Shown one piece after another: positions 13,774 to 25,660 of a stretch of DNA of 64,000 bases. Positions within the stretch are counted from its first letter, which is position 1, and the number at the start of each line of letters is the position of its first letter. Below the pieces are notes generated by a model, which worked only from the letters and a program-made list of their open reading frames with translations, had not been told where the DNA came from and made no database searches. Position numbers and translations under genes: made by a program. The DNA is from Octopus vulgaris (lineage: Eukaryota): the NCBI GenBank assembly GCA_951406725.2, contig OX597814.1:39866001-39930000 (forward strand), read 5' to 3'.

Positions 13774-13783
<10 letters not shown>
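13020..13783 (+). mobile_element. Decayed Tc1/mariner-superfamily transposon 3' part
   Basis: Broken frames read KHAVNI..GMITCEGEVMLPFIFPHGLRL..IKCLEVVVL; ends attcaccgcattctg|ta. Confidence 0.65.
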
Positions 13784-13838
<55 letters not shown>

Positions 13839-13845
<7 letters not shown>

Positions 13846-13918
13846 AAAATTAAGGGTAAAAATTGATATTAGTCAATTAATTGACTAATATCAATTTTTA
13901 CCCTTAATTTTTAAATAT
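13839..13918. repeat. Perfect 80-bp spacerless palindrome
   Basis: atatttaaaaattaagggtaaaaattgatattagtcaatt|aattgactaatatcaatttttacccttaatttttaaatat. Confidence 0.95.
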
Positions 13919-14107
13919 GAAATATATGTTCTCAAACCGATATATTGACTGCTGCTAATTATTAGCTGCAGGCTGGTTTTTCGATTATCAGCGCGCCAAA
14001 AGTAGAGACATTTGAAATATACATCCGAATGTAATATGTCGTACTTTTTGCATACGGGACTCCGGTACCGTTTTTCATCTAGTACGGCATATTATGCTCA
14101 TAACAAA

Positions 14108-14169
14108 CTACGCTGACGAAGCTACAGATATCCTTGTGATATTAATAGCTGAAACTGTACGGTACGTAG
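14108..14169 (+). ncRNA. Minimal type I hammerhead ribozyme, canonical core
   Basis: ctacg|CTGACGA|agcta..gatatc/gatatt..tagct|GAAA|ctgtacg|GTA|cgtag; stem III is quasi-palindromic actgtacggt. Confidence 0.85.
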
Positions 14170-14329
14170 GTGATTATCCCATTTCGTATATTTTTTTTGT
14201 CTCATCCTTTTGCTTTAGGTCGTGCTGAATTTTATTTTTATTTGAGAACAAAATCTTTGTAGAGAATGGCGATTTGACGTCTATATCTAGCATGTTGACT
14301 GTCCACCTTTTCGTGTTCAGTCCTTAATT

Positions 14330-14396
<67 letters not shown>

Positions 14397-14524
14397 CGAC
14401 CTCGAACACACAAGTGCAAACAAGGGATACAGAGAAAGGCAGAATGCCACTTATATTTGAACACTATACAAATATTCCTTTAAAAACACTTTTCTTCTAA
14501 TTTTTCTAAATTTAATTATTTAAT

Positions 14525-14572
14525 CGTTACAGTTGAAAAGGTCTCAAAATGACCGAAACCGGTACTGAAATG
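14525..14572 (+). ncRNA. Type I hammerhead with U3-A8 core variant
   Basis: cgttacag|TTGAAAA|ggtc tcaaaat gacc|GAAA|ccg|GTA|ctgaaatg, with palindromic accggt. Confidence 0.75.
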
Positions 14573-14618
14573 TTCTTTATAAAATTATTTTAGCATTTTC
14601 TATTTTGACTTGTTTTTT

Positions 14619-14657
<39 letters not shown>

Positions 14658-15252
14658 AAACTATGTACTATAATACTATTCCTCAGCCATACCAACAATC
14701 CAACATAACTCCATCATCAGCTGCCCCACAGATATCATTATGTTTTCCAAACCTAAGTAGTACCATTCAATCCAGCGGTGTCAACAGCACTAAAACAAGT
14801 ATTATTTGGAAACAAACAAACCAAAGAAATCACACCTTTCAAACACATCAATCCAATATACAACCGTATCCATAAACAAATTCTATAAGTAAATTACAAC
14901 CCCTCCTAAATACGTAGCTAAACAGCGACTCTATTAAGTCACAAGCAATTATAATGCCTATCGTCTTCCGGAGTGCAATATTAAAGTATAGCTTACTAAC
15001 CACATTAATTCAATCAATAAAGATTAAACACTAACTTTACTAAAATTACAACAAAAGATATTGAAACCAAAGTACATTGTATCGGTATTAATAGAAAACT
15101 GCAATAACTGAATTTCATTATCCAAACACTACATACTCTTTAATATATCATCACTATAAGTTATATATATATATATGTGCGTGTGTGTGTGTGTGTGTGT
15201 GCGTGTTTGTGTGTATATTATGTATGTTTGTAGGAATATATGTATATATATG

Positions 15253-15297
<45 letters not shown>

Positions 15298-15436
15298 CGG
15301 AGATGTACTCGCATAGCAAGTAATTTGATCTGAGATCGTGTGCTGAAACGAAGACAATTGCAGCGTGGAAGGTGTTTATAAGCCATTTAAGAAACACACA
15401 AAAGCCGTTCGATTCACTTCAACATTTAAGTTTAAT

Positions 15437-15484
15437 TTGTCAAAATATTTTCGTCGCTAAAATCCGCGACCTGTTCACTGACAA
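15437..15484 (-). ncRNA. Type I hammerhead with G3-C8 core variant
   Basis: Minus strand: ttgtca|GTGAACA|g gtcgc ggatttta gcgac|GAAA|ata|TTT|tgacaa, with palindromic aatatt. Confidence 0.65.
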
Positions 15485-15876
15485 TATATATATATATTTA
15501 GTGAGAGTTTACAGAAAAAAAACAAAAGACGAAGACGGGTTTGTAAACAACAAAATGATGTATTAGTTTAACGCTCGGGAAGTGAGAAAGTCTTTTACGT
15601 TTCGAGATAATCAGGGAGAAAAAATAGTAAAGATTTAGTGGCTGCCGATCTATAAGTGTGTGTGTGTGTGTGTGCGTGTGTGTGTACGTGTGTGTGTGTG
15701 TGGGTCATTGTTTGTGCATGTTAACCATCCATATCAAAAAGGCAATCGTTATATCCAGCTGAACTTAGATCATGTGTTAGAACACCGAATACACTATTAT
15801 TTCCTTGACAGGGCCTCTCATATGAACATTGGGCGTAAAAAGTAAGTCATATTTAACGTATGTACGTATGTATGAA

Positions 15877-15973
<97 letters not shown>

Positions 15974-15974
15974 C

Positions 15975-16037
<63 letters not shown>

Positions 16038-17548
16038 ATATATGTATATATATTCAGATATAGATGTAGAAACAATGCTCTTAGATTACTTTATTTTGAG
16101 GTTGGCCAGATTGGACAAATCTCGCGTATAACCAGCCGAAATTGCATGATAATCTGGAACTCGACTGAGGAAATATAACTCCGAATGACCCGTCCTTCTT
16201 TTCTTTGTATTGTATATCTGGATGTTTTGCTTTCTTGTCCTATTTTGTACTTTTCATATATAAAACATATAACATAGTGATGCGTGTGTATTCACTTTTT
16301 GCTCGAAATCGTCTTCACCAGTTGCTTTAATACTTGTGATGATGAATAATTCCACCTCGGACAAATAATCGACTTTTCATTTAGTTTTTTGTTTTAAATA
16401 AACAATATTGTTTTATATTGATGATTCACTTCTTTAAATGGTTTGTCAATATCAACTTCCAGTATTGACGTAAAAAAGGCGAAGTCTATCACTGTCTAAC
16501 GTTTATGTCTTCGTTTCGAGTTTTCATTCGCTATTTGTAAAGAACTACGATAAATTACTGAAAGAAATATTTACACTATTTTAAATATTCGGTAAATGAT
16601 AGTTTTTAACGTGCATTTATTTATAGGACTTTTTCATCCTATGTCTATCTCATTCATTGTTTGCAAAGTTTTGTCTCTCTCTCTCTATCTCGCTACCTCT
16701 CTCTCTCTCTCACACACACACACACAGACACATACTCCAGATTTGATTTCTTTATTACACTAATATCACGTTAAAATTTTGCAATTCGACATGGGTCGTC
16801 CAAAGATTATAGGCATTATTTTGCTTGAAGTCGCACGCTTCGTTAATCTCCATGGAACAATTTTCTTTTGTTTTCACGCCGTGTTCATCTCTATGTATTT
16901 GTAGTCAGTCAAACCCGCACACGTATGTTTTTGCATGTGCGCTTGTATATATTTATATGCCTGTGTGAGTGGGTGAAGGGGTATGTTGTCATGTATACGT
17001 ACATATATAAATACATATGCATACATCTTTTTTGTATGCGAGAGAGCGACTTAGGTCTAAGGGGTAATCTCTCTCTCACACACACATACATACAAGAAAT
17101 ATTATGTCTTGTTATTTAGGTATGTATTATACATGACAGCACAACCCTTCACTCGCTCTCTCTTTTTCCCTCACACACACACACACACATACACACAATC
17201 ACGTCAATTTCTTCTGATGTTTGTTACTGTATCTGTATATATCTGTGTATGGCTGTGCATATGTCCCAAAGTGTGTGTCTTTCTGCTTTAGGTATGTTAC
17301 CATACACACTATCTGTTTGTAAGTGCTGATCAGTGTCAATACGAAATTTTAGTTTCATTTCCAATATTTTAATCTCCATTTAAACAATATAACATTTCAT
17401 AGAGATAATCTTTCTATTGTCAACAGAATATTTTATACCACAACAACAACACATTTTGTATATGTCTGTGAGAGTATGTGTGTAAGTGTATGAGTCTGTA
17501 TGTGTCTCATGGTGGGTGTCTTTCCGCTTTGGGTATTTTATTAAACAC

Positions 17549-17579
<31 letters not shown>

Positions 17580-17951
17580 CTCACATCTACACATACATAT
17601 ACATATGTGACGACTGACATGCGTAAATGTATTCTTTACGTATATTTCGTTAATTTACACTGCATATAAAAATACAGATATACTATATACATACTACGCC
17701 TTATTTTTTCGCGTAATTCATTGCTACATATTCTCGTGACAACATAGGCTCACTTTATGTTCCTTATTCTACAGCCACATCACCAATCCAGTGTCAGCCC
17801 ATCATCTTCTGCAACATTTCAATATTTCACTTCGTCGTTGCCGTCTCCGATTGCAGCCATTTTCGAAATGTACCAATTTACGTACAACATCTTCATTACA
17901 CCTCCATTCATTTGACTTTTAACCATGCGATGGGACGTGTTAGACGCAGTG

Positions 17952-18015
17952 CTTACCGCCTCAAAGACGAGTATATCCACTGAGAAGCTTTTCCGTGGGT
18001 TGAAAACTTATATAA
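17952..18015 (-). promoter_or_regulatory. Possible TATA + Inr core promoter with a 25-nt first exon and splice donor
   Basis: Minus strand: TATATAAG (18014-18007), TCAGT (17983-17979, A at 17981), G|gtaagc donor at 17957/17956. Motif spacing only. Confidence 0.3.
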
Positions 18016-18311
18016 CCCCACAACACAAAATTTTTCCAAGATAGTTTAGGGCATGGAATCCTCCACACGTACGTATTTTATGACTCTTAGTCGAATATTT
18101 ACTCCACAAATATTTTGTCCCCAATGCAACACTTTCCAGTATCACCTGTTTCAAAATAACTGCAATATATATATATATATATATAAATACAACCTATACC
18201 ATTTTAATCCCGAGCAACGCCTGTTATCTCTGCTTGTTATCAATACCCATATCTATATATCTCTATCTCTATCTCTCTAACTTCCTATCTATCTATCTAG
18301 AAGCTAGCTAG

Positions 18312-18361
<50 letters not shown>

Positions 18362-18689
18362 GCACGCATCCATTTCTAAGTAAGATTGTTCTTAATATTA
18401 ATAATGATGCGCACTCTTAACATTTCGCTCTTCCTCCCTTTCTCAGCCTTCATTCTTTTGGCTTTTCTTTTCTTCTACCTTACTGTCTCTCCCCCCTCTC
18501 TCTCTCTCATTCTTCATTCTTTTCTCTACAACCATTCCTTGTTTCTCTCCCTTTCTCTTACTTCTTCTCCTCCCTCCCGTCGCGGACACGTGATGAGAAA
18601 GCTACTACTGTCTTTCTTCTCCTGGCTACATTTAAGTCGAGACGGCCAATCTGTTGATCCCTCGCCGTTCTCAAAAAATAGCGTTCGTA

Positions 18690-19100
18690 AAAAATTTTAT
18701 CTCGTTCGGCTTAACAGCTCTTCTTGTTTGTGTTACTGTTATTCTCTGTGTCCTGTGTTTTACTGTTCATATGTTGTACTGTCGTTACTGTACTGTTTTT
18801 GTTACCATTTTTTACCCCTCCACCAAAAAATCTCAAATTTTATTGAATTTGATTTTCGCGGGAAGGAAAGTTTCATTAAAGTCATGTATCGCCTTGGCCT
18901 TCGAAACGTGGAGTAGATGAAACAAAGGCGACTGAAGAAGGGGAATTTTCCTTGTTTTGTATGTCCTGTACTCTATTTTTTCGTTGTTTAACAAAAGTAT
19001 CCATTTCCTTGGTTTTGTGTTTATGTTTTCGTTTCTCATTTTGTTCGAGGTTTGTTTTGGATGTCCTGTACCCATTTATGCATGTATATATACATGTAGA
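18690..19100 (+). mobile_element. Non-coding interspersed repeat carrying a permuted hammerhead-like motif (copy A)
   Basis: Homologous to 46590-46880(-): shared ..ctccac.aaaaaatctcaaattt.. and ..atgtcctgtacccat.tatgcatgtata; abuts (TA)n. Confidence 0.7.
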
Positions 19101-19167
19101 GGTAGGTACGTACATATATGTATTTATATATGCATATGTTTTATTTATTTATTAATTTATATCTATA

Positions 19168-19220
<53 letters not shown>

Positions 19221-20251
19221 TGTGTTAAAGTTATTGCGTTGCTTCATTTGCTTTTAAAAAACACACATTTTCTCAGCGTTTGTGATTCGGTGAAATGTAG
19301 TGATGTAGTATCGCTTTCTCTTATAAAATGATAACAGCGTTTGCCAGTTAAAGCCATTTAACACTGGTTATTTCCTAAGATATTTGAATGAAAATCTTTG
19401 TATTATATTACAGTGCTTTATTATTAGAAAAATATTTATCCATTTATACTCTGTTGATAACTCGTTCTTTAATTCGTTACTCTCACTGATATACTTAGGT
19501 ATATATATATATACATTCGTATATGTATATATTGTATATTTGCGTATATTTATACAAACACACACACATATACACAGGACTAAGTCAACTAAGAAATGAT
19601 TATAAATGAATGAAAATCAGTAATTTATTTATGTTCTCCGGAGCATGCTCTTAGCTATCTAAACTAAGTATTAGGTGTACTTTTATTGGTTGCCATCACG
19701 TGTCTTATTATTACTGTCTAATCCTTTCCTGATATTTTTAGTTACTATGTTAAGATTATAAGGTGTATATAGATATACAATTTTTTTCCTGTGGCAAGGT
19801 AATTAAATTCATTGAAACGGAAACTAAACTCCTTATAAATATTCCGGAAATAAACTTTTATGATGAATCTCAGCAAACATAAATCGTGAGGGAATTGCTT
19901 TTACTTACAGTCAAGTATACATTGGGAGAAAGCATTGAGGCATGTATATATGTTAATAATGATTAAAGTAATGTGATATAAGGATGAAGAGTGCAGCAGG
20001 GGCCATTAACTTTAAAATCTTTAGGTCATTACTCTGTTGTATAAATTTGAAACCATATAAGGATTTAGACGGAGATCTTTAGTGCCGCAGTCTACTAGTT
20101 TGAATATTGTTATTTACAAATGAGCCATCTGTCTTGTGTAACAATTATAATTTCATTGTTTTCGTTCATTACATATGCCATATGTTAGGATAATAACAGC
20201 TTTATCTAATCATGAAGTTAATCACTATCATTTATAATATTTACTGCAGGT

Positions 20252-20465
20252 ACGGCAGCGAGCTGGTGGAATCGTTACAGCACCGGGGAAAATGTTTAGT
20301 GGCAATACTTCTGACGTTACAATATGAGTTCAAATGCCGCCAAGGTCGACTTTGCCTTTCATCATTTCGGGCTCGATAAAATAAGTACCATTTGCACTCT
20401 AGAATCGATGCAATCGACTTACCGTTCCCCTAAATTGCTGCCGTTGGGCCAATGATTCGAAACAA
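20252..20465 (+). mobile_element. SINE family A, diverged
   Basis: ggcagcgagctggtggaatcgtt..gagttcaaat..ggtcgactttgcctttcatc. Confidence 0.75.
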
Positions 20466-21774
20466 ATACATTCTGAGGAACGATAACATACGAAATTTTA
20501 ACCTGAATGCAATGGAATCATTCAAGAAAAACTGTTAACTAACGTATTGCTAACTGTCCTGCTTCCTTGAGTTGAGCTCACTTTAATCTTATACATTAAA
20601 AAGCAAGTAATTTTTTTTCTGACAGTGTATTGTTAATTCATGCAGGGACTAGTCTTTGCTAAATAACTCTATCCTGGTGTGTATATTTTTAGTTATGTTT
20701 TTAGTTATGTGCACACCTTGTAGTGTACGATGTATACTGTATATTCTCGTCATATATTTCAATTTGTGGAGTGCAGTATAGGTTTTATATTTTCGATTTA
20801 ATTTACGCTCTTATTGTGTTTCGTACATGAGGAAACATTCTTGGTATTAACAGGATAGCTTAAATTAGAAACAATACATTTATGTTACAGTAACTATATT
20901 GGAAATGGTATTTCTTTATTTCTTATATCTTAATTGCTTGAAAACTCGTCACGATAAGAATTATAAATTGTGTCATTAAACGAACGCTAAGATGCAAAAA
21001 TAAATTATGTATTTTATTTATTGTTCAATTCACTGCTGTGAATATAATTTTCAATTAGCAATAACATAGTACATTTGAAGCTCATTGAGTTACGGGAGAC
21101 AACTAAACAAGTGCGATAATGTGTGACAGCTATAGATACAACTCATTAGAAATAGCTATAATCATGTATAAAATAACGAATTAAGAAATTGCACGATAAT
21201 CCAAATTGATTGCAGATTTGATTAGACTTCGTCAATGTCTTTCTCGTGAGTATTAAGTATGCTTAAAACATGAAATATTTGTATGGCTGCATTCAATTTC
21301 TCTAGTGTATACTATGTCTAAATCTTCAAATTATTAAACTTTATAGCTTCATGAATTTAATCGCATTCTCCCATAAAAATAGCAATGAAACATTGCTAAA
21401 ATATATTTTAGAAAAAGATTAGCAGATTATGCATCAAGTTTATGCATCTCGCGTTATAAAAGTGGCCAGAAAAACGGAAAAGAAGGAAAAAATAATTGTA
21501 GATGTGGCCACCTAAGGGAAAAAGCACATACAGAGATCGTGACATGAAATACCACAACTCAGCAAAAATCAGCCGAAAAAGAAGAGGAGTCGATGCTAAA
21601 TGTGTCGAAACAATTGTTGTGATTAATAATATATTCTCGTATATTCCATCTTCTGTCTTTAATTTGTTATTCACTTACGATCACTGTCAAAGTGACCGTA
21701 CTTTGCCAGTAAGCTACCAGGTGTAAACCATTCATTTTATTATTCATTAAGAAGGCGCTTTATGTTAGCGTACC

Positions 21775-22515
21775 AAGATGGTGAATAAAATAACACTGGA
21801 TGTTTCACTAAAGGTCAAACCTATACCCAGCAGGAAGGATTATATACGAGATCTCTTGTAGAAAACGAACCGATTTATGCGTAGAATACGGTGGAAAGCT
21901 TTCTTTTTCGACAAGGAGCGTAAACATAACGACAAACCTAAACATGGTGAACTACTAAAAAAGTATTCAAATCTAGGAGGAACCTACCGAAAAATCAACA
22001 TCTAACCAGATTTGAAAGAGAATTATATTGTATTGTCAAGAATGTGAATTTCAGGAAGTGCCATAGACGGTGTAATATACATCAGCAGAAAATCAGAAAA
22101 TTACTTGTCGACTTCAAGAAAGCTCCGGGGATATTTGTAGTGGCGGACAAAACAAATAATGGTTACATTGTTGATATTGATCTACATAGGTCTATGATTA
22201 GGAAGGAAATATGCATAAAATATACACATGCTAATAATGACGTATTAAAGAGAATGAACAATACAGGGCTAGAAATCGTCAAAGATCTAACCATTGATGA
22301 TAAAACAGATCGCTACATCCGCCGCAAACCCCGGATTTTCCTTAAGGACCATTAACTTTACTTTCTTATCGATCCCTCAGTTAGATTGATTCGTCCTTCT
22401 AAATCCTTTTAAATATTATTAGTAAAAGTATCATTGACAGGTTAATAGCCGTCCTTAAGTCTAAAATTAGATTAGCCCTCTGGTCTGATACCTAAGAGGT
22501 GGTTGCATGGTTCAA
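21775..22515 (+). mobile_element. Penelope-like element N-terminal/RT-proximal remnant
   Basis: ..SLKVKPIPSRKDY..RFMRRIRWKAFFF..; VVADKTNNGY..IFLKDH; stops and frameshifts. Confidence 0.75.
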
Positions 22516-22693
22516 GCTAAATCTGCTAATTTGGAGAAGGTTATGCATCGCATATACAATAGCAAAATGCAACAAAGGTTCAATTTATATAGGTATATAA
22601 CTCATATATACCTATACCTACAACTATATATGCCTGTATATACACACACAAATGTATATATATATATATACATTTATATATATATATATATAC

Positions 22694-22729
<36 letters not shown>

Positions 22730-22829
22730 TTACACACAAACATACGCACACATGCATATATACCTATATACGCACATATATAGACATACATGCATATACA
22801 TGTATATATACACTCAAACAATGCAGGTT

Positions 22830-23265
22830 TGGACAAAACTAGAAACATCTACAATACTGAACATCAACATATACCACGAACTCATCCATAGGGAAATCAC
22901 GAAAAAGTATAAGGTAGTCCCTAATAACACATTAAAGAAGATAAACATAGAAGGCAGAAATATAATGTTGGATTTTAATTTAGGAGATTAGACCGAGCCA
23001 TTTCCACCAATTCGATCCCGCATAACAATTAAAGACCATAAGGGCAAATTCCTAAAAAGAACACAGGTTATATTAATATGTCCTAATAAATCTTACATAG
23101 GTAAGCTTAGTAAATAATGTTAGATAATATTTACCAACGCTGAAGTTAAACTAGAACTATGATGTAACACCCAAGTTGCAATATATTGGATCTACAATAT
23201 TCAGTCAGAAAATAGATGTACCCAAAAATTCTGACAATCGACATACAGAACTATTACTCCTCTAT
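22830..23265 (+). mobile_element. Second Penelope-like remnant
   Basis: YHELIHREITKKYK..KINIEG..ITIKDHK..LICPNKSYIGKLSK..IDIQNYYSSI. Confidence 0.65.
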
Positions 23266-24469
23266 AATACTATTATTCTTAACAGTGTTCCGATTTGGTG
23301 TAAATAGATGTGTGTTATTTAAAAAATTTTTGGGGGTAGAATGGTGTGTGTATATGTGTGCCCGTTTGTGTGTGTGTATATGTGTGGGCACACATATACA
23401 AACACCATCCTACTCCAAAAAATTCGTTAAATAACACGCATCTATTTACACCACCCTGGAACCAATCAAAAACAGCCTCCACACACACACAAACACATGT
23501 ATACATATATATGCACAAACACACACACACATCTCTCCTCCATACCGACACACATATACACACGCAGCACCATGCCAAATGCCATCCACACACATACATA
23601 CATACACACACACACACAACACCAAGACAACCACACACGCGCTTGACAAACGGACACACCATCCTACCAGGTCTTCCAGACACACAGACACATCTATTCA
23701 CACCACTTATGTACGTATACACGCACACACACACACACACAAGGACACAAACACTCACCCCATCCTGACCCCAAAATCATTGATACTTGAAGGAGAGACA
23801 AAAAAAGAAAAAGAGTAAATTATTTTCAGTTCTATATTACTCCTCCTTTTACACTACCATATCGGACAGGTCAGTTTTAGCTTCACTACTATTATAATGC
23901 AAATATTTTTGAACTCATAATATTCTGTACGTGTATACTGGACTTTTTAAATAATTCCTCCTGGAAATTATCTTGAGATGTATAATATATTTGTTGTAAT
24001 CTTTTGTGCCCATTATTTCAATGAGCTTGTTAAACATTTTTATATTCTCAACATACTCTTCTCACTAATGAATGTATATTTATATGGATTATAGTACTCT
24101 GTGTCAACCAATATTCTGTGCATGTTTGAATATACAGATACAATACCAATACCTATATCAATTCCTTCTGGAAACTATCTTAAGCATGTCCTACAATTAT
24201 TTATGTAGTAATCTTTTGTGCCCAATATTTTAAGGAAATTGTTGAACTTTTTTATGTCCTTAATATGTCCCTGTTACCAAAGACTGTATATATGTAATGT
24301 AGCAATTTGCAACAACCAACAATTAACGCAACCAAACTTCTACATGTTACTTTTGACAATCTTTTTCCAAAGAGTGGAACCGGTACAGTAAATAAACATC
24401 TTTTAAATTGCATTTTCAAACCTTCTTTCGTATATAATTCCACTCGTGCAGTACCCCACAACTCCACTT

Positions 24470-24560
<91 letters not shown>

Positions 24561-24829
24561 TAGATAGATAAATAGATAGATAGATAGATATATAGATACA
24601 TAGATATAGATGTGTACGTATATGTATATATTTGTGTGTGTGTATGTATATACAGACATATATAGATATAGGTATAGGCATGTGTATATATATTTCCATA
24701 GTTTTCAAATTCAAGTGACATTTTTCCTTTTCTCAGCCTGTTTCTGTCTCTCTTTTTTACTCTTGTGTGTTCTAGGTAGTTATCAGCAGTTAGTTTGAAA
24801 TGAAATCCTGTTTTATTGTGTATGAAAAT

Positions 24830-25660
24830 CTCAAAATAATTAAATAAGTGATGATCAGTAGAAGAAATATGCAGGTAGTTGCGAAATTTCATAATTCATG
24901 CGTTGCATCTGTTGTGAGAAGTGTGAGAACATGCACTGTCGTGGAGCAAAATTGGGCCATCTCTCTTCACTAGTCTGGATTTTTCTCGTTTTCAAATTCT
25001 CATGCTTACAAACAATTTCCTGGAAATATGTTGTTGCTGTTACACTTTTACTTTGTTGCAAAAATGAATAAGGAATAACCCCTTTCGCAGACCACTATAC
25101 AGTGACTATACAGGTTTTGGATGGTTTTAGATGACTCTCCTGCATCTAAACCCTGTCCTGTTTTCCTGTTGTTGTCAAAGAGTATCCATCTCTCATCATA
25201 TGCAATGATTTTGATGCAAAAATGGTTCTTTTTCCAGTCGAGAAAATAATAAGCAGCCCAATTTGACGCACCTGTTTCCTTTTCTTTTTAATTTCGTTCA
25301 GTTAACGTGAAACAAACCTACTCATTTTCTTGACATTTCCAATTGTTTTCAGGTGCCGAGAAACAGGTATGCGAAATGTTTGGAGTTCTGATGGAAGTTT
25401 TGGAACGTTGTTCTCGGATTTTGTTCAACCAAAGTATTTCAGCCATCATGCTGAGTGACTAAGTTTGCCCCCCCCCCCAATTATTTCATTTTCAAGGGTA
25501 TCATCTTCTGAAAGAAATATTTAGAACCATCTCGGAGCTGTTCTGATGTCAACAAGACAACTACCAAATCCCACTTGATATTGTGTAGGGCTTCTGTGTG
25601 TACGAGATTTGTATACCAATATTATTTGGAAAGGAAAAAAGTGTCAAGATTAAACGAAAG
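24830..25660 (-). mobile_element. Decayed mariner transposase remnant
   Basis: Minus strand gives EPFLHQ..AYDERWILFDN-like and D-NA..H-like motifs. Confidence 0.55.

Noticed and set aside
15590-15616. Minus-strand ctc gaaa cgta aaag HHR 3' half
   Set aside because: The 5' half (core box, stem I/II partners) is missing in this copy.
18386-18916. 176-aa hydrophobic ORF
   Set aside because: Arises from CT-rich low-complexity DNA and overlaps a non-coding repeat; no domain.
21567-21624. HHR relic upstream of a PLE remnant (gaaa caatt gtt, palindromic stem III)
   Set aside because: No recognisable CUGANGA box or stem II; too decayed to call.
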